Part shown: positions 58,586 through 64,000 of the stretch, one piece after another
Position numbering within the stretch: position 1 is the stretch's first letter
How the letters are laid out: each line of letters starts with the position of its first letter
From: Candidatus Fermentibacterota bacterium
GTDB lineage: Bacteria; Fermentibacterota; Fermentibacteria; Fermentibacterales; JCC-6
Length of the DNA: 64,000 bases
Reading direction: 5' to 3'
Assembly: GCA_963845085.1 (NCBI GenBank)
Contig: CAWJQI010000004.1
Coordinates: 160,001 to 224,000, forward strand
Translations under genes and position numbers: made by a program
Notes under the pieces: generated by a model
Database searches by the model: none
What the model was told of the DNA's origin: nothing
The model's input: only the letters and a program-made list of their open reading frames with translations

Positions 58586-59019
58586 ACTGTCTCCGCGATC
58601 ACGTCCCTCAGCCTTTCTGCGGCTGCATCGAGCTCCCATCGGGCGGGTCTGACAAAGTGGTAGTGCGGTCCGAACCGAAGTCTGAAACCGTCTCCGGCAA
58701 ACCGGGGAAACACATGCATATGGCAGTGAAGAACCTTCTGCATGGCCAGCTCGCCGTCGGCCAGAAAGAGGTTTATCCCCTCGCACTCGAGCCCGGAGAT
58801 GCGAAGAGCGGCGGCCACGGCACGTGAAACGGTGAACATCCTTTCGCCCACCCCATCGGGCAGGTCGGACAGATATGAATGGTGCAGGCTGGGGACAACG
58901 AGGACATGTCCGGTGTTGATGGGCCTCGTGTCCATGAAGGCACACACGAGGTTGTCTCTGTGGACGAACGAGGCTTCCTCGGTGCCTTCAAGAATGTCGC
59001 AGAAGATGCAGGAGCTCAT
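58582..59019 (-). CDS. HIT family hydrolase
   Basis: CIFCDI, GHVLVVP, HCHMHVFPR. Confidence 0.93.
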   Translation of the reverse strand: MSSCIFCDILEGTEEASFVHRDNLVCAFMDTRPINTGHVLVVPSLHHSYLSDLPDGVGERMFTVSRAVAAALRISGLECEGINLFLADGELAMQKVLHCHMHVFPRFAGDGFRLRFGPHYHFVRPARWELDAAAERLRDVIAETV

Positions 59020-59056
59020 TTTTCCCACCGTCCGTATAAAAAGCGAGACGGAAAAG

Positions 59057-59084
59057 ATAATAAGCCTGCGTGGGTGAAATGCAA
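59057..59084 (-). promoter_or_regulatory. Putative sigma70 promoter for the HIT/glycosylation operon
   Basis: TTGCAT-N16-TATTAT. Confidence 0.4.
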
Positions 59085-59163
59085 CCCCGGCCGCCCGACG
59101 GGTTACGGGTCCGGGCGTTTTGTTTTATGAATGGCTTTGCCCGTCCGCCGAAAGGGGCTTGCG

Positions 59164-60324
59164 ATGATTCCAAGGGCTGTGCTTCTGGTGCTTGACGGTG
59201 TCGGCGCGGGGGAACTGCCTGATGCAGCCCTGTACGGCGACGTCGGCAGCGACACGCTCGGCAACACTGCCCGCCGCTGCGGCGGTCTTCACCTTCCCGA
59301 ACTCAAGAGGCTGGGGCTTGGGAACCTGCATGCAGTGCAGGGTGTTGACCCTGTTCCATGCCCGGCCGCCTCGTGGGGAAGGTCCATGATCGCATCTCCC
59401 GGCAAGGACAGCACGACAGGCCACTGGGAAATGATGGGGCTTGTTCTTGATGCCCCGTTCCCGACATTTCCAAAAGGCTTCCCGGGTGAGATGCTGAGGG
59501 AGTTCTCGAAGAGGTGCGGGAGGGGCGTTATCGGCAACGTGGCCGCCAGCGGAACCGAGATCATCGAGCGCCTGGGAACCGAGCACCTCTCATCCGGGAA
59601 ACTGATCGTCTACACGTCCGCAGACAGCGTTTTCCAGATAGCTGCGCACCAGGATGAGGTGCCACTGGATGAGCTGTACGAATGCTGCAGGACCGCAAGG
59701 GAGCTTCTCGCCGGCCCTTCGCTCGGCGTCTCACGCGTCATAGCCCGGCCATTCACCGGCGGCCCTGGAAGGTTCGAGCGCACACCCCACAGAAGGGACT
59801 TTTCCCTCCCGCCGACCGGTGATACACTGCTTGACGACCTTGCCGGCGCGGGCATACCGGTCACGGGCACCGGCAAGGTCGACGACCTCTTCGCCCACAG
59901 GGGCATTGAAACGGTTCATGTCGAGTCGAACGCCGCGGGGATAGGAACGCTGCTTTCCCAGATCGAAACTCATCGCGAGGGGCTGATTTTCGCAAACCTC
60001 GTGGATTTCGACACGAAATACGGGCACCGGAACGACCCGGAGGGGTTCGGGAAGGGCCTCGAGGAAGTTGACGCAGCCATGCCCGAACTGCTTTCCGGAT
60101 TACGGCAGGGCGACCTAATGATCATCACGGCCGACCACGGCAACGACCCCACGACCCCGAGCACCGATCACTCCCGCGAATTCGTGCCTCTTCTCGCGCT
60201 CTCGCCGGGATGCCCGGGGAAGGCGCTGGGAACCCGCAGATCCCTCACCGACGTCGCAAACACGCTTGCCCGGTTCTTCGATCTGCCCCCCGGTTCCCCG
60301 GCCTCGGATTCCTTCACACCGTAA
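59164..60324 (+). CDS. deoB: Phosphopentomutase
   Basis: LVLDGVG, GKDSTTGHWE, YTSADSVFQ, NLVDFD..YGHR, TADHGNDP, DHSRE. Confidence 0.96.
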   Translation: MIPRAVLLVLDGVGAGELPDAALYGDVGSDTLGNTARRCGGLHLPELKRLGLGNLHAVQGVDPVPCPAASWGRSMIASPGKDSTTGHWEMMGLVLDAPFPTFPKGFPGEMLREFSKRCGRGVIGNVAASGTEIIERLGTEHLSSGKLIVYTSADSVFQIAAHQDEVPLDELYECCRTARELLAGPSLGVSRVIARPFTGGPGRFERTPHRRDFSLPPTGDTLLDDLAGAGIPVTGTGKVDDLFAHRGIETVHVESNAAGIGTLLSQIETHREGLIFANLVDFDTKYGHRNDPEGFGKGLEEVDAAMPELLSGLRQGDLMIITADHGNDPTTPSTDHSREFVPLLALSPGCPGKALGTRRSLTDVANTLARFFDLPPGSPASDSFTP

Positions 60325-60333
60325 AGGACTGGA

Positions 60334-60756
60334 ATGAACAGGAATGAACTTCTCTCAAGGGCCGGGGCATTGATCGACCGTTGCCACTGCCCGTACTCCG
60401 GCTTCCGCGTGGCGGCGGTTCTGGAAGACTGCAGCGGCGGCCTGCACGATGGCGTCAACATCGAGAACGCTTCACTGGGCCTTTCCATCTGCGCTGAAAG
60501 GGTGGCGCTGGCAAGCGCCGTCGCAGCAGGTGTCAGGGAGTTTCGCAGGATGCTCGTGCACTCGCCCGACGGCTCTCCGATGCCCTGCGGTGCCTGCAGG
60601 CAGGTTTTGAGCGAGTTCTGCGGGATGGATTTCGAGGTGCTCATCTCTGACGGAAGCGGGGAGACTGCATGCCATCGGCTCGGGGACCTTCTGCCTCTGG
60701 GCTTCAACCTTCAGTCAGTTCCGCTGCAGAACCCGCCTTACGGCAGCCCTCAATGA
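60334..60756 (+). CDS. cdd: Cytidine deaminase (homotetrameric type)
   Basis: PYSGFRV, NIENAS, CAER, PCGACRQ, LLP. Confidence 0.95.
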   Translation: MNRNELLSRAGALIDRCHCPYSGFRVAAVLEDCSGGLHDGVNIENASLGLSICAERVALASAVAAGVREFRRMLVHSPDGSPMPCGACRQVLSEFCGMDFEVLISDGSGETACHRLGDLLPLGFNLQSVPLQNPPYGSPQ

Positions 60757-63102
60757 TGTGATGGTCCAGGATTTGGAGAGGTTTGCCGCCGGCCCCCTGT
60801 AGCCTGCGCCCAGAACCAGCGTTCGCTCGGGAAGCTCGGAAGGGAAATCAGCCAGCCCGGATGACAGGATCAGGGCATCGCCGGGTTCCATCGCATCAAC
60901 GGCCTCCGATGCACTTGAACACACCTGGACCCTCAGGTTCATATGGCGGAGAACCGTTGCGACAGTCCTCCCCTCGATCGAATTGTCCGATGCCACCATC
61001 ACCCTCCCGGACGGCTCCATCACCGCACTCGGCAGGATGACCGTGAATCTTGCGCCGTCGTCCCTGCGTTCGGCAGCCACCGTCCCCTTCATCGCCTTCA
61101 CAGCCGAGTAGGCCTCGACGAGGGCCTGGTGTCCGGGGCTGAAACACGCCATGGAACCGGGAGAGACAAGGTCGATGATGATCCTGGTGCAACCGCAGAC
61201 GCCCCCGCCCGAAAGCGACCATATCTTCATCGCCGCGCCTTCAGGAAGTGCGCTGCCCACGAATCCGGCCAGCCGCAGGAAGAACCTTTCGAGAAGATCC
61301 TGGCTGCCCTGCACTGCTGTCGATGATGGTATTTCAAGGGTGAGGCTGCAGCCTTCGCCGAGCAGCCCCCGCATAGTGGGATCGAGCTCCCTCAGGAAAG
61401 TATCGAGATAGACAAGCTCCTCGCGCTCCCCGGGAACGGGCGAGAGCGCTTCCAGATCCGCCGTGATGTCGGAAAGAAGCCTTCGGACAGAGTGGAGGTC
61501 GGGGGCGTCCGAGGCTTTCCTCAGCCTTGCAAGGAGCTCTCCGGAGTAACCGAGAAGGGCGTCCATTCCGGGGGAATCGCTGCCCGCGGCGGCAAGCCCC
61601 AGCAGCCTCTCCGAGGTTATGTCTTCGGCGACCGCGGAAATCGAAAGCCCGGACTTGTCCCTGGTCCTGTGCCACCTCAGTCGCACCCGGCGAACCCCGT
61701 CGCCGGCCACAAGCCTGCACGTGAAGGAACCGGATTCGTACGGGCACGAGGAGAGCTCAAGCCGAAGGCGCCGTCTGTCACCGATGTGGATCGCGGGAAA
61801 GAGGTAATCTTCGGCACTTCCCGAGAGGGGAAGGTTTCCCTGCCCGGTCAGGATCGCCCACCTTCTGTCCGAGTTGAACCTGCCGTTGAGCGGTGTCAGT
61901 GTCCAGAAACACAGCGATGCGGTGTCGAGAGCGCTTTCCATGTGGTCACGGCTGCGGCTCAGGTTGGTGAGTTCGGTGGTCTGAACCGTGGTGTCCCTCG
62001 CTATCGTGCAGATGATATCCGAGCGGTCCGTCCTGACCAGGGTGCTGTTGAGCTCGACAGGGTAGATAGTGCCGTCGCCCCTTCGATGCACCGATTCGAT
62101 CTGGAAATGCCCCCTCTGCCTGATCTGGGCGATGAAATCGTTCCACCATTCCGGGGAGATCGACGGGTTGAAACTGGATATGTGGGCGTTCCGCAGGTCC
62201 TGCTTCTTCACGCCCAGCTTCTCCGAAACAGCAGTGTTTCCGTAGATGAAATATCCCTGCTCGGTCAGGAAATAGATCTCGTCGCTGCTGGCCTCAACCG
62301 CTCCCTCCACGAGCCTGAGCCGGTCTTCCACGTCCTTCTTATCGGAGAGGTCGTTGATGATGCAGGCGAACCGGCCGGGTTGAACGCAGAAAACAAAATA
62401 ATGCACATAACGGTGGATCAACTTGTTGAACTCGCAGAGCTCGACCGGCTCGCCTGTCACGACAACGTTCGCGAACAGCTCGATTGCGAGATGCTCACGC
62501 ATGTTCGGGAAAACCTTTGTGATCCTCTTGTTGAGCAGCTGCTCGGCAGGTATGCCGGTATGGTCCTCGAAGGCCGGGTTCGTCTCCACGACCCTGTAAT
62601 CCAGGGGTTTCCCCTTGCTGTCGGAAATGATCTCGCCGATCAGTATGCCCAGGGGAATGCCGTTGACTATCCTGGAGTACTGCTTTTCTCCGGCCTCAAG
62701 CCTTGCCAGGAGGGCGACCGACTCGGTCACCTCCCTCATGCAGCAGAGCAGAATGCCGGTGGACGCGTCGGGTATCGTCTTCGCCAGGAAGCTGCGTCCA
62801 TGGAACGAGAGTTTCCCGCAGACGGGGCCTCCGAGTTTCAGCGCTTCGGTTACCGGACAGCCGGGGCAGGGCTTTTCAAGGCCGAAAAGCCTCTTGTGGC
62901 ATTTGCATTTCCCTTCTTCCGCACTCCACGGGCGACCCGAGAAAGCCTCAGCAGAAGCGTTCATGGCAAGAACGGTCCTGGAGCGATCCATGATGGTCAC
63001 CCCGCAGTCCACTCCGTTCAGAAGCGCTTCGTGGTCGAACAGCGGAAGATCGAACCGGCTCAGAACCACCTCCTCGAAGGGTAACGCATCAATTCTACGC
63101 AT
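60715..63102 (-). CDS. Multi-PAS sensor protein with degenerate HATPase and receiver domains
   Basis: Four PAS-like segments (e.g. HRRGDGTIYPVE); HATPase-like and REC-like C-terminus lacking catalytic residues. Confidence 0.78.
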   Translation of the reverse strand: MRRIDALPFEEVVLSRFDLPLFDHEALLNGVDCGVTIMDRSRTVLAMNASAEAFSGRPWSAEEGKCKCHKRLFGLEKPCPGCPVTEALKLGGPVCGKLSFHGRSFLAKTIPDASTGILLCCMREVTESVALLARLEAGEKQYSRIVNGIPLGILIGEIISDSKGKPLDYRVVETNPAFEDHTGIPAEQLLNKRITKVFPNMREHLAIELFANVVVTGEPVELCEFNKLIHRYVHYFVFCVQPGRFACIINDLSDKKDVEDRLRLVEGAVEASSDEIYFLTEQGYFIYGNTAVSEKLGVKKQDLRNAHISSFNPSISPEWWNDFIAQIRQRGHFQIESVHRRGDGTIYPVELNSTLVRTDRSDIICTIARDTTVQTTELTNLSRSRDHMESALDTASLCFWTLTPLNGRFNSDRRWAILTGQGNLPLSGSAEDYLFPAIHIGDRRRLRLELSSCPYESGSFTCRLVAGDGVRRVRLRWHRTRDKSGLSISAVAEDITSERLLGLAAAGSDSPGMDALLGYSGELLARLRKASDAPDLHSVRRLLSDITADLEALSPVPGEREELVYLDTFLRELDPTMRGLLGEGCSLTLEIPSSTAVQGSQDLLERFFLRLAGFVGSALPEGAAMKIWSLSGGGVCGCTRIIIDLVSPGSMACFSPGHQALVEAYSAVKAMKGTVAAERRDDGARFTVILPSAVMEPSGRVMVASDNSIEGRTVATVLRHMNLRVQVCSSASEAVDAMEPGDALILSSGLADFPSELPERTLVLGAGYRGPAANLSKSWTITSLRAAVRRVLQRN

Positions 63103-63173
63103 CCGCCCCGCCCTTGACGAGCCGGACCGTCATGACGAAGAGTACCGGCTCACAGTCATCGGAAGGAAGGACA

Positions 63174-63398
63174 GTGGACAAGAATTACGCCGACATAGAA
63201 AAGGGCGAGGACCTTGTGAGGGTGAACGCAACCGAGTTCAAGGGCCGCCAGTACATCGAAGTCAGAACCTACTACATGGCCGAGGACGGCGAATGGAAAC
63301 CGACAAAAAAGGGGATCACCCTTTCGCCCGACCTGATGGAGAAGGTTCACGAAGCCCTGGGAAGGGCGCTTGCAGAGGTGGCCGAAAAGGGCGCCTAG
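63174..63398 (+). CDS. PC4/YdbC-like ssDNA-binding protein
   Basis: EFKGRQYIEVRTYY...WKPTKKGITL; GGAAGG RBS before GTG 63174. Confidence 0.88.
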   Translation: MDKNYADIEKGEDLVRVNATEFKGRQYIEVRTYYMAEDGEWKPTKKGITLSPDLMEKVHEALGRALAEVAEKGA

Positions 63399-63404
63399 AC
63401 CGCT

Positions 63405-64000
63405 CTATCCGCACTCGGTATACCCGCAGTCGAGTGCGCACGACACGCAACCGGACTCGTACTTGAGTCCGGCGCCGCAGTTGGGGCACGCGCCTGCATG
63501 AGTGTCGGACTGCCCGGACTGCTCATGGCCGGCATCGATTTTCCCCGAGATCCTGCTCTCGATGGTTTTCGCCACTGCATCGGCACAGCTGTTGATCCTT
63601 TCCCCCGACTGCCAGCCCGGCCTGTTGCAACTAATGCCCTTGAGCTCGCGAACTATCTCCTCCGGTGCCACATGGTTTCGCAGGGCAAGGCTGATGACGC
63701 GGCACAGGGCCTCGCCCTGGCTTGATGCGCACCCCCCCGCCTTGCCCAGTCTGCTGAAAACCTCGACAGGGCCGTGCTCGTCCTCGTTTATGGTGACGAA
63801 CAGGTCGCCGCAACCGGTTTTCATGCGCCTGGTGACACCCGACACGAACTCCGGACGGCTCCGCGGACCCGACAGAGACGGAATCGAAGCGGCTTCCCTT
63901 CCGAGGTTGAGCACCTGCCTGTCCCGGCTGCCGTCACGGTAGACGGTCACACCCTTGCAGCCCAGCCTTTCCGCAAGGCGGAACACGGCGGCGACATCCT
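63405..64000 (-). CDS. nrdJ: Class II (B12-dependent) ribonucleotide reductase, C-terminal part (5' end outside the window)
   Basis: CKGVTVYRDGSR..QVL; TSCPD-like domain (KTGCG, GKAGG, NSCADA); terminal CPNCG...CGYTECG. Confidence 0.92.
   Translation of the reverse strand, partial: DVAAVFRLAERLGCKGVTVYRDGSRDRQVLNLGREAASIPSLSGPRSRPEFVSGVTRRMKTGCGDLFVTINEDEHGPVEVFSRLGKAGGCASSQGEALCRVISLALRNHVAPEEIVRELKGISCNRPGWQSGERINSCADAVAKTIESRISGKIDAGHEQSGQSDTHAGACPNCGAGLKYESGCVSCALDCGYTECG

Noticed and set aside
59020..59163. Purine or deoxyguanosine riboswitch upstream of deoB
   Set aside because: Core consensus elements are not recognisable; only a terminator-like hairpin is reported.

Overview
GC-rich, densely packed bacterial chromosomal segment, mostly housekeeping. 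It carries lpdA, mazG, tldD/tldE, hflX, carD, guaB, queA, tgt, an RlmD-like methyltransferase, wzi, tamA/tamB, thiD, fabD, tolC, glgA, ispDF, radA, dnaB, udg, gmk, yicC, rqcH, a small glycosylation cluster, deoB, cdd and the 3' end of a class II RNR. The left 10 kb encodes exported proteins: a transglutaminase-like protein, a secreted protein ending in a 'SWGAIKTLF' tail, a PPIase-like lipoprotein, a VIT-vWA protein, and two tandem subtilases with T9SS/FlgD-like C-terminal domains. This combination suggests a diderm anaerobe related to the FCB group, e.g. Fermentibacterota-like (inference only). I saw no rRNA, tRNA, CRISPR array, prophage or transposase. Most notable: (1) a palindromic repeat family (GGGGACGGACTAAG...) at two convergent gene junctions, one a perfect 37-bp inverted repeat that supplies the stop codons of both flanking genes; (2) a candidate WGxIK C-terminal sorting tag next to a transglutaminase; (3) Gmk-CoaB and ThiD-Nudix fusions; (4) three signalling proteins with degenerate catalytic motifs; (5) several single-base frame disruptions that may be assembly errors. 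All product calls come from reading motifs by eye; no database search was run.
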